Source: Candidatus Pacearchaeota archaeon (GTDB taxonomy: Archaea > Nanobdellota > Nanobdellia > Pacearchaeales > GW2011-AR1). Taken from it: a stretch of DNA of 64,000 nucleotides. The notes beneath the pieces are model-generated. The model was not told the DNA's origin, searched no databases, and was given only the letters and a program-made list of their open reading frames with translations. The stretch lies in assembly GCA_041649295.1 (NCBI GenBank), contig JBAZNI010000001.1, forward strand, positions 288,115 to 352,114. Reading direction: 5' to 3'. The position numbers and the translations under genes were made by a program. This document shows, piece after piece, positions 18,477 through 25,908 of this stretch; the first letter of the stretch is position 1, and the number at the start of each line of letters is the position of its first letter.

Positions 18477-19859
18477 TTAATCCTCTGTTTTTGTTGGTTT
18501 GCCAAGATAGTCTAAAACATTCTGTTTATTAATTACTGCTACCCGATCTCCTCTGTTTTGGAGTATTGACTGCAAGTCCTCGTCTATTTCATAAGCTACA
18601 AGATAGCCTAAAACGTCTTTAGGAATTCTCTGATTTTCTGGAAGTGACCTATTTAGTTTTTGAATATTAAACTCCACTGCTGCCTTATATATAGATAACT
18701 GTTGTCCTGCCCTATCTGCATTCTGGTCTCCAGGTGTTCCATCTGTGTTTATCTTGTTTGTTGCTAATTGTTTTACTTCTGAAACAGTGTAAACGCCATT
18801 TTCTTTTCTAAAAAACAAGTCTAATCTTAATCTATTATCTATAAAATGAATTGCTTCTCTATCTCCATCAGACATCTGAAGTTTTTCAACTAAATGTTTG
18901 TATTTATTATAAAACTCTTCAGACGTATTTTCATCTAATTTAAAATCAGCGCATAATAAAGTAAAATCTGGGCCAAAAATTCTATGATAATTTTCAGGAT
19001 CTAACAAATACACGAGCAATTGCTGATGCCCTTTTCCTGCAAATCGCAAATTATCCATTCTTTTTTTTGCACCATAATCGGGGGTAATTACATCTTTTAA
19101 AACTTTTTTTATTTCAGGTATTTTTTCTATCTCTTCTTCTATTCTCCTGTCTGTGTCAGTTAAATGCTGTTCTAATGATTCTTCTAATGTTGCAGGTATT
19201 CTTGTCTGGTGAAGTACCCTACTTGGAAGATGACCATTTACATATCCATCTCTTGAGCTCCATATCTCTCTTATACGGCCTCTTATTGAGCCTATTGATC
19301 TAATAAATCCAGCAGTTTTTAACCTTGTCTCTATTTCTTTTGCTATTCCCCTTGGAAGACCTTTCCCATTATACCCATTATCAATCTTCTCTAATAAACT
19401 TTCTTCAAGAAGTCTATCTTCTTCTGCAGAAAAAATTCTTTTACCATTTCTAGGGATTACTACTGGAGCAAATTTTAAATGAGAGTATTTTGTGTCTATT
19501 TCATGCAATTGTTCCACAATCTGTTCAACTGCCTGATTATTTGCAAAAGTCGTATAACCTAGCCCTGAAACCAAAGTTGTTCTAACTACATCAAATCTTT
19601 TTGAAATTGCTGTATCTCCGATTTCCCTTAATTGTTCTTCAGTTAGATTTCTTTTTTTTCTTCCGCTTAAGGTTTTCCTTTTTTTCTTTTCAACTGGCGT
19701 TTGTTCCTTAGATTTCCTTATATTTGAAACAAGAGAATAAAGTGCATTTAAACTTTGAAACCCAAATTGTTCTGCAATCTGATTAGGATCAGCATCTTCT
19801 CTGTTATATGCTTCAAGTATTTGCTGTTTCTCTTCATCTGTTCTTCTTAATCTTTTCAT
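18477..19859 (-). CDS. Hypothetical protein P5: HTH + Myb/SANT-like segment + C-terminal PD-(D/E)XK-like nuclease core
   Basis: TDEEKQQILEAY..QIAEQFG (HTH), FSAEEDRLLEE..GRIREIW (Myb-like), and RLDLFFRKENGVYTVSEVKQ (D..ExK). Confidence 0.5.
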   Translation of the reverse strand: MKRLRRTDEEKQQILEAYNREDADPNQIAEQFGFQSLNALYSLVSNIRKSKEQTPVEKKKRKTLSGRKKRNLTEEQLREIGDTAISKRFDVVRTTLVSGLGYTTFANNQAVEQIVEQLHEIDTKYSHLKFAPVVIPRNGKRIFSAEEDRLLEESLLEKIDNGYNGKGLPRGIAKEIETRLKTAGFIRSIGSIRGRIREIWSSRDGYVNGHLPSRVLHQTRIPATLEESLEQHLTDTDRRIEEEIEKIPEIKKVLKDVITPDYGAKKRMDNLRFAGKGHQQLLVYLLDPENYHRIFGPDFTLLCADFKLDENTSEEFYNKYKHLVEKLQMSDGDREAIHFIDNRLRLDLFFRKENGVYTVSEVKQLATNKINTDGTPGDQNADRAGQQLSIYKAAVEFNIQKLNRSLPENQRIPKDVLGYLVAYEIDEDLQSILQNRGDRVAVINKQNVLDYLGKPTKTED

Positions 19860-19860
19860 T

Positions 19861-21087
19861 TTAAGCAGCCTCCGCCTTAGGTTTGACTTTAAACCCTTTT
19901 ACATATTTTACTTTCTGGCTAAATTCTCTTCTAAAGTCGTCAAAGTCAGGCATAGAATCTGAATATTTAGAAATAAAATCATATAATCCTTTAACATCTG
20001 TTGCTAAAGCTACTTCTGAACCAGCATAACCAGAGTTATCTACTGATTGCTGTCTGCCAGCAAGATAATTTAATGCCAAAACTTTTTTGTATTCTTCTTG
20101 GAATTGATGTTTTTCTTCATCTGATAAATTATCTAAAATATTTTTATAACTTTTTGCTTCTTCTTTTGAAGGGATGTCTCCTCTTCTTCCATGATATAGT
20201 GTAACTGGATGCCATTCTAAAAATTCTCCTTCAGCTAAAAAGTCTAATCCTCCGTTATTTATGCCTCTGTTTCTTACTTGGAATGTCTCTCCTTCAATAG
20301 TTCTGTATTCTGGAAGATACTTTTCTAACATTAAAGCAACTGCTCCTTCTTGCTGAGATGAAGCATGGAATCTATCTTCAATAAAATAAGAGTTTTTTCT
20401 GTGATTATCTAGATTTTCAATTGCTGTTTTTCTTCTTTGTTCTAGTGTTAAAGCAACTAGTCCAACACCATTTTCCCAATTTCTTTTCCCAATTTCGCTT
20501 AATTGCTCTGGTGTTAAAGCAGCTAGTCCAACACCATTTTCCCAATTTCTTTTTCCCATAACCCTTCCCATTTCTGTTCTTTGCTCGGATGTAAAACTTT
20601 TAAAGGGGTCTCCATGAATCTTTATTCTTTCTAAGGCAATAGCTCTTCTTTGTTCATAAGGGATAGTTGTCCAAAGGTTGCCTCCCCTAACTTGCATACT
20701 TTTTCTCCCATTATTAACACAGTCTTCTCTACTTAAAAGTCGAGATACTGGTCCGTGAAGTTCGTATGATCTGGGTCCTCCTATACTGCCTCCCTTTTTT
20801 CCAGATTTACTTAGATCTTCCTTAGTTAGATTTGCAAGGCCAGCAACATAAGCTTTTTTTCCTCTTTCTGTTGCTATAGCTAATTTCCTATAATCTATTT
20901 CATCTACACTAAGAGATTCATTAATAAAACGATTTATAGTAGTAGTTCCTATTCCTGAAATATCTGCAAGTTGTCCGAATGATGAAAAAGTTTTTATCTT
21001 TCCTTTTCTGTGCGCTTCTATTTCTTCTCTGATTATGTCTATTAGTACTTGCTTATCTTCTTGTCTTGGCTTTATTCCTCTTGGCAT
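19861..21087 (-). CDS. Hypothetical protein P4: short DNA-binding-type repeats + Vsr/DUF559-like endonuclease core
   Basis: Repeats are LTKEDLSKSGKKGG, LSREDCVNNGRK, FTSEQRTEMGRVMGKRNWENG and LTPEQLSEIGKRNWENG. The C-terminus reads SSQQEGAVALML..GGLDFLAEGEFLEWH. The ATG at 21087 lies 1 nt after the upstream stop. Confidence 0.5.
   Translation of the reverse strand: MPRGIKPRQEDKQVLIDIIREEIEAHRKGKIKTFSSFGQLADISGIGTTTINRFINESLSVDEIDYRKLAIATERGKKAYVAGLANLTKEDLSKSGKKGGSIGGPRSYELHGPVSRLLSREDCVNNGRKSMQVRGGNLWTTIPYEQRRAIALERIKIHGDPFKSFTSEQRTEMGRVMGKRNWENGVGLAALTPEQLSEIGKRNWENGVGLVALTLEQRRKTAIENLDNHRKNSYFIEDRFHASSQQEGAVALMLEKYLPEYRTIEGETFQVRNRGINNGGLDFLAEGEFLEWHPVTLYHGRRGDIPSKEEAKSYKNILDNLSDEEKHQFQEEYKKVLALNYLAGRQQSVDNSGYAGSEVALATDVKGLYDFISKYSDSMPDFDDFRREFSQKVKYVKGFKVKPKAEAA
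20445..20558. repeat. Tandem 66-nt (22-codon) near-identical duplication inside P4
   Basis: GTGTTAAAGCA(A/G)CTAGTCCAACACCATTTTCCCAATTTCTTTT.. occurs at 20445 and 20511. It encodes GKRNWENGVGL(A/V)ALT. Confidence 0.85.
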
Positions 21088-21088
21088 C

Positions 21089-22156
21089 TTACTTAACACT
21101 CCAGTCATATTGCTTTAAATCTTGAGTTGCGAAAAAGGTTTTGTCGTGCCCGTTTATTGCTACATATCCCCAAAGGAATGCTTCTTGTTCTGCCTGATTT
21201 AAATGGCGAGTTGCTAAAACTCCTGCTTTTGTTTTATATTCAATTAAAACATTGTTTAGTAATTTCTTGTAAAAGTCAACTGTTTCCTGTGTTGGAAGCG
21301 CAAATGGATTTGCTGCTAAAGGAACTATATTTTTATCCTGATTCCATAAAGTATCAGCTAATTCTAAATATGGTGCAACATCATGCGGACAGAATTGAAT
21401 AACTTTTGATTTTTCAGCTCTGTCTCTTCCTCTGTTTGGAAGATACTTGAATCTTAATTCTCTGTTAAATCTTTTTTCTGGGCAAGTGTGGTCACTATCA
21501 ATATTCTGTGCAATAACATATTTCCAATCATTATCTTCAACTGCAACAGATTCTAAACCAACATCCCATCTTGAGTGTTTTGGTGTTCTTGAAGGAACTT
21601 GGAAAACAAATCTCCCGCCTTCTATTGTTGAGATTTTAGAATCATCATAATCTTTTAGTTTTATTTCTACACCTGGAACCTGATGTGCATATCCAAATAT
21701 TTCCGCTCCATCTAAACAGCTTACTAAAGCGATTTTTCTTGGAATCTGATCTACTGCTCCTTCTGGAGGTCTAGTAATATATCCTGATAAAAATGGTATA
21801 TGCCCTGTTTCTTGATATTGGTTATGCAAGCTATCAAATGCTTCTTGCCTTTGTTTAACTGGAAGTATTTTTTGTTTTCTTAACTGCTCAATTGTTTTTG
21901 CTCTCCTTAGTTTTAACTCTGGAGCATGTTTTTTAAATTTAGAAGGGGTTAGATACTCTTCGGGCAGTATTAAACGAGCAACAACTAAATGAGAATCATA
22001 AGGCATATCTGTAATTCGTGAAACAAGCTTATTAGTCGCCCTAATTTCATTACCTAAATCTCGTATTTCTGCTTCTGTTCTTCTCTTAAAAAAGTCCTTT
22101 TTTTCCATATTTTTACGTATAAAATAGCCTTTATAAGCCTTTCTATATGTTGTCAC
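21089..22156 (-). CDS. Hypothetical protein P3 (355 aa)
   Basis: Long ORF with no recognised motif. An alternative start lies at 22108 (MEKKDFF). Confidence 0.5.
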   Translation of the reverse strand: MTTYRKAYKGYFIRKNMEKKDFFKRRTEAEIRDLGNEIRATNKLVSRITDMPYDSHLVVARLILPEEYLTPSKFKKHAPELKLRRAKTIEQLRKQKILPVKQRQEAFDSLHNQYQETGHIPFLSGYITRPPEGAVDQIPRKIALVSCLDGAEIFGYAHQVPGVEIKLKDYDDSKISTIEGGRFVFQVPSRTPKHSRWDVGLESVAVEDNDWKYVIAQNIDSDHTCPEKRFNRELRFKYLPNRGRDRAEKSKVIQFCPHDVAPYLELADTLWNQDKNIVPLAANPFALPTQETVDFYKKLLNNVLIEYKTKAGVLATRHLNQAEQEAFLWGYVAINGHDKTFFATQDLKQYDWSVK

Positions 22157-22601
22157 TAAGAAGTAAGGGCAAAGAAGAAAAATTTAATTCTTCCTGCTCT
22201 CCAGCAAGTCTAGCAGATCTATACAATTCATAAATGGCATCGGGAAAGTAATAACATTTTTCAGGATTAATGCCATTATCCCTTAATTCTTTCTCTATTT
22301 TCTCTAAGTGCATATTAATTATTCTTAAGCCAACTTCACTATCTGATGTTACATAATAATTTCCACTACACTTAAATAATTCCAAATCATATAATCCGCC
22401 ACTTCTTGTCTCTGATTCATCTCTAAATCTTTCAACTAATTCTAAAGTTTCTCTATGGGCTCTTATTTTATCATATACTTCTACAGCAGTTATTTCTGGG
22501 CTAAAATCTCTTTGAATTCTCGGAAGAGTTTCTTCACAAGCTTTTCCCAATTGTTCTGCTCTATCTTGAGTAATTAAAAAGTGTACATAATGTCCATTCA
22601 T
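22143..22601 (-). CDS. Hypothetical protein P2 (152 aa)
   Basis: GGAGG lies upstream of the ATG at 22601, which is 1 nt after the upstream stop (TAAcATG). Confidence 0.5.
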   Translation of the reverse strand: MNGHYVHFLITQDRAEQLGKACEETLPRIQRDFSPEITAVEVYDKIRAHRETLELVERFRDESETRSGGLYDLELFKCSGNYYVTSDSEVGLRIINMHLEKIEKELRDNGINPEKCYYFPDAIYELYRSARLAGEQEELNFSSLPLLLSDNI

Positions 22602-22602
22602 G

Positions 22603-23037
22603 TTATTTCCTCCTCTCTGATAAATCATGTATTGTAGGATATATTCCAGTGGTTTTGTACAAACAGATAATCTCTGGGTGAGGTATAATTCCAAGTAGAT
22701 TGGCAAAGTCTAGTTCAGCAAAATTTTGGACTCTTCCTCTAGTTCCTTCAGGATGATTTAATCTAGACAAATCAATAATCAATCCGCAATCTTTTCTAGA
22801 AAGTATTTCATCTAATTCTGCAAAATGGATATAAGACTTCAAAAGATAATCTGGAAGTCGCGGACATAATCCAAATCTCAATTTTTTGAGATCCTGGTCA
22901 TGCAAATCATCAGTTACAAATTCTACATTTATTGGATCACAACAAAAAAAGTCTTGTTCAGGAGTTTCCCAAATAGACTTTTCAATTATATGTTTCCCAA
23001 TCTCAGTTCTTGTATCGCAATAAACCAGTGTTTTCAT
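22603..23037 (-). CDS. Hypothetical protein P1 (144 aa)
   Basis: Its ATG overlaps the tyrA TGA (ATGA at 23034-23037). Confidence 0.5.
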   Translation of the reverse strand: MKTLVYCDTRTEIGKHIIEKSIWETPEQDFFCCDPINVEFVTDDLHDQDLKKLRFGLCPRLPDYLLKSYIHFAELDEILSRKDCGLIIDLSRLNHPEGTRGRVQNFAELDFANLLGIIPHPEIICLYKTTGIYPTIHDLSERRK

Positions 23038-24032
23038 TTTAACTCCCCCTCGAGATTATTTAATCCATTTATGAATATCTGCCTTGCTTCTTTAGCAAAA
23101 GGATTCATAATCTGCATATTATTAAATAATGCTGGAGTATCATTCGCAATTATTTCTACAATATCCATTAATTTATCAAAAGTTTTTGTGCTTAATTCAA
23201 CTCTCTTTATACCTGCCTTGTTTAGAGCCTGGCCAATAAAATGAGTTAGTGCTTGAGAAAGGGCCATTTGTTTATCATGTTCTTCAGGAGTTGTTATAGT
23301 TGTTTGAAGTCCGATAAATTCGCAAAATTCTTTTATCATATCAAAGGTTTTATTAGTTGCTCTAACATTACAAAGAGCAATTCTCATTCCATTAATTGAG
23401 TCAGGTGCACTTTGCGGTCCAAATAATGGATGAGTTCCAATTATTTCAATATCCTTTGGTAAAATCTGGTTCATTAATTTACAAGAAAACACCTTTAGAG
23501 AACAAACATCCAACACAATAGTCTCATCTTCTATTTTGTCTTTTATTTTTAGTAATATTTGCTCAAGATTTTCCATAGGAACAGCTAAAATAATAAATCT
23601 ACTTGTCAATATCTCATTTAATGAAACAAATTTAACTCCAAGTTCACCTGCTTGTTCACTTTCATTATTAATATCTGTTACAAATAACTCAATATTATCT
23701 AATTTTGAAAGATGTTTTGCAGCAAGCTTTCCAAAATTTCCAAAACCAATTATTCCTATGCTTATGGTCTTTTTTTGAATATCCTTAGACTCCTTAAGAA
23801 TAGTGTTAAAAATGTTCTTTACATTAAAACTATTTCTGGCATTTTTAGTTTTATCCAAAACTTCTTGTTCTCTAGAGCCATCTAAAACAGGCATATTCGT
23901 TTTTGCTTTAATATCTCCGATAGTTCTTACCATCTCAAGCCTTTGGTCAAGAAGACTAACGAGATTTCCATCTATCTCATCAATCTTTTTTCTTAGCATT
24001 CCAATTTCTTGTGGCAGTGTTATTTGTTTCAT
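23034..24032 (-). CDS. tyrA: Chorismate mutase / prephenate dehydrogenase fusion
   Basis: N-terminal CM-II pattern LRKKIDEIDGNLVSLLDQRLEMVRTIGDIK..GSREQEVL, Rossmann IGIIGFGNFGKLAA, and IGTHPLFGP. Confidence 0.75.
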   Translation of the reverse strand: MKQITLPQEIGMLRKKIDEIDGNLVSLLDQRLEMVRTIGDIKAKTNMPVLDGSREQEVLDKTKNARNSFNVKNIFNTILKESKDIQKKTISIGIIGFGNFGKLAAKHLSKLDNIELFVTDINNESEQAGELGVKFVSLNEILTSRFIILAVPMENLEQILLKIKDKIEDETIVLDVCSLKVFSCKLMNQILPKDIEIIGTHPLFGPQSAPDSINGMRIALCNVRATNKTFDMIKEFCEFIGLQTTITTPEEHDKQMALSQALTHFIGQALNKAGIKRVELSTKTFDKLMDIVEIIANDTPALFNNMQIMNPFAKEARQIFINGLNNLEGELK

Positions 24033-24161
24033 AATTAGTGAAAATAAGCCTCCTATATATATTTAGTTGTAGTTTATTCAGATATTAACCGAAAAGTATA
24101 TAAATAGTTGAATATTATACAATTTATTGTAAAAACTGATAGCGAGGGAGGTAAATTTATA

Positions 24162-24201
24162 TATACCAAAAAAGGTATAATGTTATACCAAAAAAGGTAT
24201 A
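24162..24201. promoter_or_regulatory. Two tandem palindromic sites TATACC-A6-GGTATA (period 22) in the tyrA / MNT divergent intergenic region
   Basis: Located at 24162-24179 and 24184-24201, 26 nt upstream of the MNT-family gene start. Confidence 0.5.
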
Positions 24202-24226
24202 ATACAATAAAATAGGCGTAAAGAAA

Positions 24227-24829
24227 ATGTTAACAAAAAATCAAACAGAAATGCTGGACATGTTTAGGAAAAACATATTCTTAAATGAAAGTATAAGAAA
24301 AATAGCTTTAGTTCTAAATAAACCATACCCCAAAGTCTACGAAGCATTAAAAAAATTTGAAAAAGAAAAAATAGTTCAAATTAAAAAAGTTGGAAGCTCA
24401 AATATTTGTAGTTTAATGCTAAATAAAGAGAGTATTGCTATCTTTTCTATGCTTGACAAACAAGAAGCATTTTCAAAAAAAATTCCCAACATAGATAAGA
24501 TACTTTCATTTAATGAATTCCTTGATGACATTTTAATTGTAAGTGGAAGCTATGCAAAAGGATGTCAAACTAAAAAATCAGATATTGATATAGTTATAAT
24601 CACTAAAGAAGATGCCTATAAAAAACAAGAGTTAATGGAGAATATGGCAATGACCTTCCTGCCAGAATTCCATATCACAGCATTTTCCTATAAGAATTTT
24701 ATCAACATGTTGTTAAATAATGAATTTAATCTCGGGAAAGAAACTTTCAGATTCCACCTTATATTTAGAAATCCTGAAAGATATTATGAATTAATTAAGG
24801 AGGCAATTAAAAATGGTTTCAAAGGTTGA
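24227..24829 (+). CDS. wHTH-fused minimal nucleotidyltransferase (MNT-like)
   Basis: VSGSYAKGCQTKKSDIDIVII motif. Overlaps the HEPN gene. Confidence 0.7.
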   Translation: MLTKNQTEMLDMFRKNIFLNESIRKIALVLNKPYPKVYEALKKFEKEKIVQIKKVGSSNICSLMLNKESIAIFSMLDKQEAFSKKIPNIDKILSFNEFLDDILIVSGSYAKGCQTKKSDIDIVIITKEDAYKKQELMENMAMTFLPEFHITAFSYKNFINMLLNNEFNLGKETFRFHLIFRNPERYYELIKEAIKNGFKG

Positions 24830-25292
24830 ATTATACTTAAAAAGAGCAGACGATGAACTTTTGCTATCAAAGGTAAATTTTAATATGTCTGTAAAACCAG
24901 AAATAAAGCAGTTTTTAAGATTAAATTTAAATCAGACATTTTTTAATGATGTTATTTCCGAAGCATACTATTCTATTTTTTATGCAGCAAAGGCATACCT
25001 TTTAACAAAAGGAATAGAAACTTCTGCTCCAGAAGAGCACAAAAAAACATATAACTATTTTAAAAAATTTGTGAACAAAGGAGTTTTAGATAAAGAACTT
25101 CTTGAGATTTATGATACAGAAGCAGACAAAGCAGAATTTTTATTAAAAATATTTTTTAAAGAAAAGAGCAAGAGAGGCAAATTTGTTTACAATATTAACT
25201 CAGATGCAAATATCCCTGTTGCCTTAAACTCTATCGGCAATGCGAAGAAGTTTGTCGCAAATATAAAATCAGTTATTGAAAAAGAAAAATGA
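24813..25292 (+). CDS. HEPN-domain protein
   Basis: 159 aa helical protein following and overlapping the MNT gene. Contains AYYSIFYAAKAYLL..EEHKKT. Confidence 0.6.
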   Translation: MVSKVELYLKRADDELLLSKVNFNMSVKPEIKQFLRLNLNQTFFNDVISEAYYSIFYAAKAYLLTKGIETSAPEEHKKTYNYFKKFVNKGVLDKELLEIYDTEADKAEFLLKIFFKEKSKRGKFVYNINSDANIPVALNSIGNAKKFVANIKSVIEKEK

Positions 25293-25741
25293 AAGACATA
25301 AAACCAAAGTTAATTGAGTTATTTAAGCAAGGCTACTGCACACCGCAGATTTCAGTAATTGCTAAAAAAATTAAAGAGCCTTCTACAACAATACATTATA
25401 ATATAAAAAGATTAGAGCAAGAAGGAGCGATAAAATCTTACAAAGCTGTTTTTAATTATAAAAAAATAAATGAGGGGCATTGCACTTATATTTTTGTCAA
25501 TTTATCTCCAGAAAATTATGGAAATCCAGAAAAAATAGCAAAAGAAATAGCTAAAGATTCAAGAATTGAAAGTGTGGATGTAGTTACAGGGGGCTATGAG
25601 TTAATAATCAAGTTAAGGACTAAGGATGTAGATGAATATTATGAGGCAATAAAAAATATGGTATCGAAATTTAAATTCACAAAAACAACTTCAGTTACTT
25701 CTTTAAAACAAATTAAAAGCGAGTTTGTTGAGTTAGAATAA
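25289..25741 (+). CDS. Lrp/AsnC-family transcriptional regulator
   Basis: HTH IAKKIKEPSTTIHYNIKRLEQEGAIKSY followed by a RAM-like C-terminal half. Confidence 0.7.
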   Translation: MKDIKPKLIELFKQGYCTPQISVIAKKIKEPSTTIHYNIKRLEQEGAIKSYKAVFNYKKINEGHCTYIFVNLSPENYGNPEKIAKEIAKDSRIESVDVVTGGYELIIKLRTKDVDEYYEAIKNMVSKFKFTKTTSVTSLKQIKSEFVELE

Positions 25742-25868
25742 AAATTAAAATCTAAATGCTTCCATCTGTTTGATCGTAACCCCTGGCTATCTCAGATATT
25801 TGATATTCCTAAATTGTTTATTATCTTATTGTAAAATACCTTATTTAATTTAAAATAAGTTAAGCTGT

Positions 25869-25894
25869 AGAAAAGTATGCTTTCACATTAACCC
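25869..25894. repeat. Mosaic repeat fragment (AGAAAAGTATGCTTTCACATTAACCC)
   Basis: Matches 11341-11366. Confidence 0.5.
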
Positions 25895-25908
25895 AAAAAT
25901 AATCATTT

